In this document: in pieces, positions 9,005 through 16,605 of the stretch | Layout of the letters: the number at the start of each line of letters is the position of its first letter | Numbering within the stretch: position 1 is the first letter of the stretch | Source: Bacteroidota bacterium | GTDB lineage: Bacteria > Bacteroidota > Bacteroidia > JABEUT01 | Reading direction: 5' to 3' | DNA length: 64,000 nucleotides | Assembly: GCA_013288345.1 (NCBI GenBank) | Contig: JABDCA010000010.1 | Span: 6,340-70,339, forward strand | Made by a program: the position numbers and the translations under genes | Notes under the pieces: model-generated | What the model saw: the letters and a program-made list of their open reading frames with translations, nothing else | What the model was told of the DNA's origin: nothing | Database searches by the model: none

Positions 9005-9757
9005 TTATTTGATTTCTTTGCCCTTTTCATTAAAATGCTTCTTCGATACTATCGAGTCACTAGCATAAACTATTTCATCCCTTAGTTTTCCATTCCCGTA
9101 ATATTCTTTTGTTACTCCATTTCTTTTATCGTTAATAAAAGTTTGTTCACTTTCTAAATTTCCACTGCTGTTATAATCCTTTACTATTCCATTTATTTTA
9201 CCATCAGTCCAAGGGCATTCAGAGCTTAACTGCCCATTCCCATAATACATTTTTGCAACTCCCATTTCCTTCCCATCAACAAATGTCAGTTCAGATTTTA
9301 ATTTTCCACTTTCATAGTAGTCTTTTGCTATTCCATTTGTTTTGTCATTAGTTCTTAAACATATACTTTCTAATGCCCCATCCTCATAATACTCTTTTGC
9401 TTCACCATTTTCTTTGTCATTCGAATAATTGCATTCACCCTCTATGTTTCCACTTTTTTCATAGTACCATTTTAGCAAGCCATTTTTTTTGCCATCAACA
9501 CAGGCAATTTCACTCCTTAGTCTCCCACTTTTGTAATAAAACTCTCTTTCAATTCCAATAGGTTTACCTTCATTATATGTAATAAGTACGTAACTAAAAG
9601 TATCTCTACCACTACTTATATATTCAACCCATTTACCTTCTTTTATCCCATTTGCTAATTTATTTTCAGCCTCAGCTTTATTAGTGAAGCTATTCTGTTG
9701 CTGTTCGCAAGCAATTAAAGTAATGCAACTAAGAAGTAAAATTAATTTTGTCCTCAT
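9005..9757 (-). CDS. MORN-variant repeat lipoprotein (family often named YwqK-family antitoxin in automated annotation)
   Basis: Lipobox MRTKLILLLSCITLIAC, followed by about 8 tandem ~23-aa repeats of the form G..KEYY.nGkL.sE....dgK.nG. AT-rich: 16/60 G+C at 9121-9180. Confidence 0.75.
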   Translation of the reverse strand: MRTKLILLLSCITLIACEQQQNSFTNKAEAENKLANGIKEGKWVEYISSGRDTFSYVLITYNEGKPIGIEREFYYKSGRLRSEIACVDGKKNGLLKWYYEKSGNIEGECNYSNDKENGEAKEYYEDGALESICLRTNDKTNGIAKDYYESGKLKSELTFVDGKEMGVAKMYYGNGQLSSECPWTDGKINGIVKDYNSSGNLESEQTFINDKRNGVTKEYYGNGKLRDEIVYASDSIVSKKHFNEKGKEIK

Positions 9758-10749
9758 TTACAATTAGAAATAATTTCTTCCACACTATTTTCCTCCATGC
9801 ATTTAAAATGCTTTTTGGGGCAGGCTTTGTAGCCAATTTTTGAGCAAGGGCGGCAGCTCAAATTCTTTACTTCTACTATATGTGAATTGGCACCGGGCTT
9901 ATAGGGGTACATACCAAATTCAGGTATAGTATTGCCCCAAACCGATATAATATCTTTTTTGAAGGCTGCTGCAATATGCATTAGGCCAGTGTCGTGGGTG
10001 ATTATTTTCTTTCCTTGTTTAACTAACGATGCCGATTGGTTGAGGTTATACTTACCGCAGGCATTGTATATATTTCCACCTACTGCTTCTTCAATATGCT
10101 TTGCAATTTCCGCATCATCGGGTCCGCCAAGTAATACAACAGGCGAATCAATACGTTTACATATCTCTATTATTTTATGCTCAGGTAAGCGCTTGGTAAA
10201 ATGCCTTGCGCCTATTATAAATCCTATATATCCGTTTTGGTGGGAAGCAGGCAGAGTTGAAATATTTACTTCATCCTTAGCAGGAATAAAATAATCTAAT
10301 CCTTCGCCATCATTTTTTACACTTAGTTTTTTGGCTGCAACAAAATACCTGTCCACAATATGAACATCAGGCAGGTTATCTATTTTAAAATTCACCTTCA
10401 GCCACTTCTCTACATTCAGTTTCGGAAAGCTAGCTGAGGGTTTCCTTAAGCCCTGCTTTACCTGTGCCGAACGTAAGTTATGGTGCAGGTCTATAACAAA
10501 ATCGTACTTCTCTTTCTTCAGTTCATCAATAACTTCCGATACATCTTTTTCAATCGTATATACTTTATCAACGTGCGGGTTCGATTGTATTACCGATGCA
10601 AAAGCCTTTTTAGTTATATAATGTACCTGCGCGCCGGGTATTTGCTTTTTAATGCAGCGCACCACAGGGCTGGTAAGTACTATATCGCCTATTGAACTGA
10701 AACGTATGATGAGGTATTTAGGCAAGGCTTTATTTTTATTTCTTATCAA
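9754..10749 (-). CDS. glycosyltransferase family 9 (heptosyltransferase-like)
   Basis: N-terminal YLIIRFSSIGDIVLTSP and C-terminal ITHDTGLMHIAAA motifs typical of GT9. TTG start at 10749. Its stop overlaps the next gene's start (ATGA at 9754-9757). Confidence 0.8.
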   Translation of the reverse strand: MIRNKNKALPKYLIIRFSSIGDIVLTSPVVRCIKKQIPGAQVHYITKKAFASVIQSNPHVDKVYTIEKDVSEVIDELKKEKYDFVIDLHHNLRSAQVKQGLRKPSASFPKLNVEKWLKVNFKIDNLPDVHIVDRYFVAAKKLSVKNDGEGLDYFIPAKDEVNISTLPASHQNGYIGFIIGARHFTKRLPEHKIIEICKRIDSPVVLLGGPDDAEIAKHIEEAVGGNIYNACGKYNLNQSASLVKQGKKIITHDTGLMHIAAAFKKDIISVWGNTIPEFGMYPYKPGANSHIVEVKNLSCRPCSKIGYKACPKKHFKCMEENSVEEIISNCK

Positions 10750-10790
10750 AAATAGCAGGAATACATTTATAAAAGCGTCTCGGCAAGATT

Positions 10791-10939
10791 GTAGGATTCC
10801 TCATTACGCTTCACTCCATTCGGAATGACAGGTTTTTTGAGGCAGTTAGAGGGGAGGGTGGCGCGGGCTTCGCCCGCGCCACCCTCCCCTCTCTTGATAA
10901 AGTCAATTCTGTCATCTCGAACGAAGTGAGAGATCCTAC
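10791..10939. repeat. composite REP-like palindrome with an inner 39-nt GC-rich perfect hairpin
   Basis: The outer arms, 10791-10831 and 10909-10939, share inverted termini GTAGGAT...ATGACAG. The inner hairpin is GGGGAGGGTGGCGCGGGC-TTC-GCCCGCGCCACCCTCCCC at 10851-10889 (18-bp perfect stem). Confidence 0.85.
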
Positions 10940-10978
10940 TCATCTATATACTATTACAATAAAAGTGGGATAAAACCC

Positions 10979-10986
10979 TATTTTTG
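10979..10986 (+). promoter_or_regulatory. -7 box TATTTTTG (ribE)
   Basis: Matches TAnnTTTG. 21 nt upstream of ATG 11007. Confidence 0.5.
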
Positions 10987-11006
10987 CAATAAGAAAAGCA
11001 TTCAGC

Positions 11007-11600
11007 ATGTTTACAGGCATTATAGAAGAACCGGGAATTGTAAAAGATATTGTAAAGGAAAAAGGCAACCTGTTGATTACGGTTGAGGCTTCGTTTACTT
11101 CAAAGTTAAAACTCAACGAGAGTGTATCGCACAACGGAGCATGCCTATCGGTAATACCCTTTACTAAAAAACAATATAGGGTAATGGCAGTTCAGGAAAC
11201 ACTGGACCGCACCAATTTAAAACATCTTAAAAAAGGAGACACTCTAAATTTAGAGCGTTCGATGCTTGCTAATGGTAGCATTGATGGGCATTTTGTACTG
11301 GGCCATGTAGATGGTGTTGTAAAATGCGCTTCGGTAAAAAAACTGGCAGGCAGCCATGTCTTTACTTTTACCTGCAGCAAAAACGACCTCAACTATATTG
11401 TAGAAAAAGGCTCAGTAGCGCTTAATGGGGTAAGCCTGACAATAGCCAATGTTACTGCAAAAGGGTTCTCAGTTGCTATTATACCATATACGTTCAAGCA
11501 TACCAATTTTCAGAACATCAAGCCCGGAAATGAGGTGAATGTAGAATATGATGTACTCGGTAAATACGTGGTGCAGTACCTGTCTAGGTCTAAAAAATAG
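11007..11600 (+). CDS. ribE: riboflavin synthase alpha chain
   Basis: MFTGIIE start and two lumazine-binding repeats (SVSHNGACLSV, SVALNGVSLTI). Confidence 0.95.
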   Translation: MFTGIIEEPGIVKDIVKEKGNLLITVEASFTSKLKLNESVSHNGACLSVIPFTKKQYRVMAVQETLDRTNLKHLKKGDTLNLERSMLANGSIDGHFVLGHVDGVVKCASVKKLAGSHVFTFTCSKNDLNYIVEKGSVALNGVSLTIANVTAKGFSVAIIPYTFKHTNFQNIKPGNEVNVEYDVLGKYVVQYLSRSKK

Positions 11601-12546
11601 CTTTCGCTATCCTCTTTACCGATTCTGATTTACCCATGGTATAAAAGTGAATACATGGTGCACCTGCCTTAATAAGCTCTTTGCACTGCTTTATACTCCA
11701 TTCAATTCCAATTTCTTTAGCTTCAGCATCGCTCTTGCATTTATCAATAGCATCTGCTAATTCTTCAGGTATTTCCACATGAAAGAATTTAGGCAGGCTT
11801 TGCAATTGCTTTTTAGTTGAAAGTGGCTTTACTCCCGGAATGATAGGGGTATTAATACCAAGTTCTTTACACAGCTTCATGTATTCGAAATACTTTTCGT
11901 TATTATAAAAAAGCTGGGTAACAATATATTCAGCACCGGCTTCCACCTTTGCTTTCATATGTTTCAGGTCAGTACGGATGTTCGGGCATTCAAAATGTTT
12001 TTCAGGGTAACCGGCAACGCCAATACAAAAATCGAGGTGGCTGTTAACCTCCGATGCTTCTTCATTCAGGTATTTACCGCTATTCAGTTCCATAATTTGC
12101 TTTACCAGGTCAAGTGCATGTTCATTGCCCCCTGGTTCAGGCACAAAGTGAGCCTCAGATTTTACCGCATCGCCACGCAAAGCCAATACATTATCAATAC
12201 CTAAAAACTGCAAGTCGATAAGTGCATTCTCGGTTTCTTCTTTACTAAAACCGCCGCATATAAGGTGAGGTACTGTATCTATTTTATACTTATTGATAAT
12301 TGAAGCGCAAATACCTACCGTACCCGGACGTTTACGCACAGGTATCCTTTCAAGGTAACCACCTTCGCGTTTTTTGTAAATATATTCCTCACGGTGGTAA
12401 GTAACATTTATAAACGATGGGTGAAACTCCAACAATGGGTCAATACTCTCATTTATCGATTGTATGCTTTTACCCTTTAACGGTGGCAATATCTCGAATG
12501 AGAATAAGGTCGATTTCGATTTCTTAAGATGGTCTATTACTTTCAT
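11590..12546 (-). CDS. metF: methylenetetrahydrofolate reductase
   Basis: 318 aa. FSFEILPPLKG N-terminus and the TIM-barrel MTHFR pattern. The 3' end overlaps ribE by 11 nt (convergent). Confidence 0.9.
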   Translation of the reverse strand: MKVIDHLKKSKSTLFSFEILPPLKGKSIQSINESIDPLLEFHPSFINVTYHREEYIYKKREGGYLERIPVRKRPGTVGICASIINKYKIDTVPHLICGGFSKEETENALIDLQFLGIDNVLALRGDAVKSEAHFVPEPGGNEHALDLVKQIMELNSGKYLNEEASEVNSHLDFCIGVAGYPEKHFECPNIRTDLKHMKAKVEAGAEYIVTQLFYNNEKYFEYMKLCKELGINTPIIPGVKPLSTKKQLQSLPKFFHVEIPEELADAIDKCKSDAEAKEIGIEWSIKQCKELIKAGAPCIHFYTMGKSESVKRIAKAIF

Positions 12547-12563
12547 ATCAATAAAAAGTTCAT

Positions 12564-13043
12564 TTATTTTTCAGCCTGCGCTTTTTCTATTCTCAGGCCC
12601 ACGTCCATTATTTGCTGCAAAGTATCTACACGCATGGCCTGTGTATAGGTAAATTTATATTCCCCTTTGTGGAACCTTGCATTACGCTTAAGCCATATTT
12701 TGTTATCCCAAATATCGCCTAATCCGTTACCCAACCACCTGCCGGTATTATCGGCCAGTATGCAGTTTATAGTATCATGTTCGGTTTGGTTATTAGGGGC
12801 CGTAATATCAATAAACAAGTAAATATTGCCGAAATCGTAATCGTTTGCCTGGCGTATATTCACAAACACATTATAAGGGTTAATCGTATCGTCTACCGGA
12901 ACAGTGAATGTTACCGGCTTATTAGCCACCCATGTATTATTAGGTATGCTGGTATATTTTTGGAATATAACACCCTTATTGCAGGAACAGAAAATGGCTG
13001 CAACACAGGATAATAACACAAAAAATGACCCGTTTTTATACAT
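12564..13043 (-). CDS. gldH: gliding motility lipoprotein GldH
   Basis: 159 aa. Lipobox LLSCVAAIFCSC, and the GldH-like pattern (IRQANDYDFGNIYLFI...GLGDIWD...GEYKFTYTQAMR). Confidence 0.75.
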   Translation of the reverse strand: MYKNGSFFVLLSCVAAIFCSCNKGVIFQKYTSIPNNTWVANKPVTFTVPVDDTINPYNVFVNIRQANDYDFGNIYLFIDITAPNNQTEHDTINCILADNTGRWLGNGLGDIWDNKIWLKRNARFHKGEYKFTYTQAMRVDTLQQIMDVGLRIEKAQAEK

Positions 13044-13196
13044 ACAGTTTTTATGGAACCACGAATGTATATATTTTATGCATAACCTATAAGCCCATTT
13101 TAAAAGATACCTGCCATTTTATACATAAGGCATTTCTTGTTTGAATATTATTGAAACCTTTTCTATTTCAATACGTTCAACCAAACGCGATTACCC

Positions 13197-13204
13197 TAAT
13201 TTTG
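13197..13204 (+). promoter_or_regulatory. -7 box TAATTTTG (DUF486 gene)
   Basis: Matches TAnnTTTG. 22 nt upstream of ATG 13226. Confidence 0.5.
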
Positions 13205-13225
13205 GCTTGAAAAACTAAACACCTT

Positions 13226-13594
13226 ATGAAGAAGGCATTACTAACCATTCTGTTTCTTGTTCTTTCTAACATATTCATGACCTTTGCCTGGTATGGCCAC
13301 CTTAAGTTTAAAGAGATAAAAGGCATGGACAGCCTGCCCTTATTTGCTATTATACTTATTAGTTGGGGGCTTGCCTTATTTGAGTATTGCTTTCAGGTAC
13401 CTGCCAACCGAATTGGCTTTAGTGAAAATGGCGGGCCTTTTACATTATTGCAGCTTAAAGTAATACAAGAGGTTATTACCCTAACTGTGTTTGTGGTATT
13501 CTCAGCAGTGGTATTTAAAACCAATTTGCTGCAATTAAATCATATTGCCGGTTTTGGCTGCCTTATATTGGCCGTTTATCTTCTTTTTAAATAG
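13226..13594 (+). CDS. DMT-superfamily small membrane protein (DUF486)
   Basis: 122 aa, 4 TM helices, signature FMTFAWYGHLKF. Confidence 0.8.
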   Translation: MKKALLTILFLVLSNIFMTFAWYGHLKFKEIKGMDSLPLFAIILISWGLALFEYCFQVPANRIGFSENGGPFTLLQLKVIQEVITLTVFVVFSAVVFKTNLLQLNHIAGFGCLILAVYLLFK

Positions 13595-13595
13595 A

Positions 13596-14699
13596 ATGGC
13601 CGGGATGAAGAAAATATTATTCATTGCTTCTCACCGCCTCAACAGGTCACCCAGCCAGCGTTTTCGCTTTGAACAATATATACCCTACTTTATACAGAAT
13701 AGTTTTGGCTGTAAGCTGTCTCCATTAGTTACCGAAGCCGATGACAAGGTGATGTATGCCGAAGAAAAGTATTTTCAAAAATTCCTCGTAATAATAAAAA
13801 GCTTTTTCCGGAGGCTGCGGAATTTACGCTTGGCATCAAGTTACGATATTATTTTCATACAACGCGAGGCTTATTTAATAGGCACTACTCTTTTTGAAAG
13901 GAGCTTTAAAAGATCGGGAGCAAAAATTGTATTTGATTTTGACGATGCAATATGGCTTATGAACGTTTCGGATGTGAATAAGCGTTTTTCGTGGATTAAG
14001 CGCCCCAGCAAAACGGCTGAAATAATAGCCATGTCGGATATGGTTATTGCAGGCAACAGCTACCTGGCAGAATACGCACGGACCTATAACCCCAATGTTC
14101 AAATTATTCCGACTACAGTGGATACGGATAAGTTTTTACCACTAAAGAATTCACCTGTAAAAGACAAAGTATGCATTGGTTGGACAGGTAGCCACACCAC
14201 TATAAAGCATTTCGCATTGGCAATTCCTTTTTTAAAAGAATTGAAGAAAAAATATGGCGACAGGATATATTTTAAAGTAATAGGCGACAGCACATACTCG
14301 CTACCTGAACTTGGCATACAGGGCATTAAATGGAACCAGGATACAGAAGTACTCGACCTGCAGGAAATTGATATTGGGCTTATGCCACTACCCGATGATG
14401 TATGGAGCAAAGGCAAATGCGGGCTTAAGAGCCTTGAATATATGTCGCTGTGTATTCCGCCTGTAATATCTCCTGTAGGTGTAAATTCTGAAATTGTGCA
14501 GGATGGTGTAAATGGACTGCTTGCCAAAACAAATCAGGAATGGGTAGATAAAATTTCGCAACTGATAGAATCGCCTGAACTGCGAAGGAAAATAGGCTTG
14601 AAAGGAAGAGAAACAGTAGTAGAAAAATACTCTGTCAATTCACAGAAAGATGTATACCTCAACCTTTTTAACAAGCTACTGAGCGAAAGCAAAAAGTAG
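13596..14699 (+). CDS. glycosyltransferase (GT-B fold, GT1/GT4-like)
   Basis: Track ORF starts at 13545 inside the upstream gene. An ATG at 13596 (MAGMKKILFIAS) or 13605 avoids the overlap. The C-terminal part shows a GT-B-like segment, PVGVNSEIVQDGVNGLL. Confidence 0.8.
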   Translation: MAGMKKILFIASHRLNRSPSQRFRFEQYIPYFIQNSFGCKLSPLVTEADDKVMYAEEKYFQKFLVIIKSFFRRLRNLRLASSYDIIFIQREAYLIGTTLFERSFKRSGAKIVFDFDDAIWLMNVSDVNKRFSWIKRPSKTAEIIAMSDMVIAGNSYLAEYARTYNPNVQIIPTTVDTDKFLPLKNSPVKDKVCIGWTGSHTTIKHFALAIPFLKELKKKYGDRIYFKVIGDSTYSLPELGIQGIKWNQDTEVLDLQEIDIGLMPLPDDVWSKGKCGLKSLEYMSLCIPPVISPVGVNSEIVQDGVNGLLAKTNQEWVDKISQLIESPELRRKIGLKGRETVVEKYSVNSQKDVYLNLFNKLLSESKK

Positions 14700-14777
14700 G
14701 CTGTAATTCTCTTGTCAAGGCTATCAAAACTTACTTAAATTCGCCATGAATTTATATTGAATCAAATACTTCTATTT

Positions 14778-15476
14778 ATGAATAAAGTATATAAGAATGC
14801 TGACGAAGCTATTGCAGATGTTAAGGACAATGCAACCTTAATGCTGGGCGGATTTGGCTTATGCGGCATACCGGAAAACTGTATTGCAGCCTTATTAAAA
14901 AAGGGTGTAAAAAATCTCACCTGCATATCGAACAATGCCGGGGTTGATGATTTCGGACTTGGATTGTTGCTAAAAACGAGACAGATTAAAAAGATGATGT
15001 CTTCTTACGTAGGTGAGAATGCTGAATTCGAACGCCAGTTTTTAAGCGGAGAGTTAGAGGTTGACTTGATTCCTCAGGGAACACTGGCCACACGCATAGC
15101 TATGGCAGGCCTGGGCATTCCGGCCTTTTTTACAGGTGCAGGTTATGGCACCGAAGTAGCAGTAGGAAAAGAAATACGTGAGTTCAACGGCAAAAAATAT
15201 TTGATGGAACTGGCACTACCTGCAGACTTCGCAATGGTAAAAGCATGGAAAGGTGATACACTGGGCAATCTGGTCTTCAGAAAAACCACACGTAACTATA
15301 GTGTGCCAATGGCCAAAGCCGGCACTATTACTATTGCCGAAGTAGAACAGTTGGTGCAACCGGGCGAGATCGATCCGGATAGTGTACACGTATCCGGAAT
15401 TTATGTACACAGAATATTTGAAGGAAAGAACTACGAGAAACGAATTGAGCGGAAAACTCTTTTCAATTCAATTTAA
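14778..15476 (+). CDS. scoA: 3-oxoacid CoA-transferase subunit A
   Basis: [33 protein letters not shown] is a typical subunit A N-terminus. The track start at 14757 is a TTG 7 codons upstream. Confidence 0.9.
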   Translation: MNKVYKNADEAIADVKDNATLMLGGFGLCGIPENCIAALLKKGVKNLTCISNNAGVDDFGLGLLLKTRQIKKMMSSYVGENAEFERQFLSGELEVDLIPQGTLATRIAMAGLGIPAFFTGAGYGTEVAVGKEIREFNGKKYLMELALPADFAMVKAWKGDTLGNLVFRKTTRNYSVPMAKAGTITIAEVEQLVQPGEIDPDSVHVSGIYVHRIFEGKNYEKRIERKTLFNSI

Positions 15477-15480
15477 CCAC

Positions 15481-15925
15481 TTAATGATTTGAAAATTTGG
15501 CGATTTGAAAATTTGATGATGAAATACATTAAATAATGAGAACGGATAAAGAGAATTTAATTGTAAAGAAAACATTTGATTTTTCACTCCAAATAATTGA
15601 ATTTATTGACTTACTAGAGCAAAAGAAGAAATTTCCATTAGCTAATCAGTTATTCAGAAGTGGCACTTCAATTGGCGCAAATGTTCGAGAAGCACAAAAT
15701 GCAGAAAGTAAAAATGATTTTATCCATAAAATGAAAATAGCACCAAAAGAAGCTGATGAAACAGAATATTGGTTGTTATTATGTAAAAATGCAGCAAACT
15801 ATCCTAATCCTGATACTCTTTTAGAACAAATAGAATCTATTCATAAAATATTATCAAAAATAATTTCATCCAGCAAGTCAACCAGATAATTACCAAATTT
15901 TCAAATCACCAAATCATCAAATTAA
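15481..15925 (+). mobile_element. putative miniature cassette: four-helix-bundle gene bounded by imperfect terminal inverted repeats, inserted between scoA and scoB
   Basis: The left end, TTAATGATTTGAAAATTTGGCGATTTGAAAATTTGATGATG (15481-), compares with the reverse complement of the right end, TTAATTTGATGATTTGGTGATTTGAAAATTTGGTAA (-15925). The perfect 16-mer TGATTTGAAAATTTGG is at 15485-15500 and inverted at 15893-15908. The ends lie 4 nt after the scoA stop and 4 nt before the scoB ATG. Confidence 0.45.
15536..15889 (+). CDS. four-helix-bundle protein (23S rRNA intervening-sequence protein / Avd-like family)
   Basis: 117 aa. Family signature [41 protein letters not shown]-rich: 17/60 G+C at 15601-15660. 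Confidence 0.85.
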   Translation: MRTDKENLIVKKTFDFSLQIIEFIDLLEQKKKFPLANQLFRSGTSIGANVREAQNAESKNDFIHKMKIAPKEADETEYWLLLCKNAANYPNPDTLLEQIESIHKILSKIISSSKSTR

Positions 15926-15929
15926 CGAT

Positions 15930-16586
15930 ATGCTAGATAAACACGGTATCGCAAAACGCATTGCACAGGAATTAAAAGATGGAATGTATGTAAACCTTGG
16001 AATAGGCATTCCAACGTTGGTTGCTAATTACATTCCAAAGGGAATGACCATAATCCTTCAATCGGAGAATGGAATATTGGGCACAGGTCCGTACCCTATA
16101 GAAAGTGAAGTAGATGCCGACCTTATAAATGCCGGAAAAGAAACTGTTACAGTTCTGCCCGGTGCTTCTTTTTTTGATTCGTTTGAAAGCTTTGGCATGA
16201 TACGTGCCGGAAAAGTTGACCTTACAGTATTAGGTGCAATGGAAGTAGACGAAACAGGTGATATAGCCAACTGGAAAATTCCGGGTAAAATGGTAAAAGG
16301 CATGGGTGGCGCAATGGACCTTGTGGCTGCTGCAAAAAACATTATTGTAGCCATGCAGCACACCAACCCTAAGGGAGAATCGAAACTATTGCCGAAATGT
16401 ACTCTACCTTTAACAGGCGTTAAATGTGTAAAACGGATAGTTACAGAATTAGCGGTATTAGAAGTAACACCCCAAGGATTTAAACTATTGGAGCGTGCAC
16501 CCGGAGTATCAGTTGATGAAATAAAAACAAAAACAGCAGGTAAGCTTATTATTGAAGGCGATATTCCGGAAATGAAGTTGAATTAA
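15930..16586 (+). CDS. scoB: 3-oxoacid CoA-transferase subunit B
   Basis: 218 aa. Catalytic-Glu motif LQSENGILG, and GMGGAMDLV. Confidence 0.9.
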   Translation: MLDKHGIAKRIAQELKDGMYVNLGIGIPTLVANYIPKGMTIILQSENGILGTGPYPIESEVDADLINAGKETVTVLPGASFFDSFESFGMIRAGKVDLTVLGAMEVDETGDIANWKIPGKMVKGMGGAMDLVAAAKNIIVAMQHTNPKGESKLLPKCTLPLTGVKCVKRIVTELAVLEVTPQGFKLLERAPGVSVDEIKTKTAGKLIIEGDIPEMKLN

Positions 16587-16605
16587 ATTTGCTTACAGTA
16601 GTTGT

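Noticed and set aside
10750-11006. Possible FMN riboswitch upstream of ribE
   Set aside because: The spacer is occupied by REP-like palindromes and a -7 box only 21 nt from the ATG. I recognise no FMN-element conserved core there.
10940-11134. 64-aa minus-strand ORF overlapping the ribE start
   Set aside because: It is antisense to ribE and begins in the REP element, so it is spurious.
13545-13595. N-terminal extension of the glycosyltransferase ORF
   Set aside because: It overlaps the last 50 nt of the DUF486 gene. ATGs at 13596 and 13605 give a typical GT N-terminus (MKKILFIAS) without the overlap.
15536-15889. Possibility that the Avd-like four-helix-bundle gene marks a diversity-generating retroelement
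   Set aside because: No reverse transcriptase gene or template/variable repeat pair is visible anywhere nearby. The gene is bounded directly by scoA and scoB.
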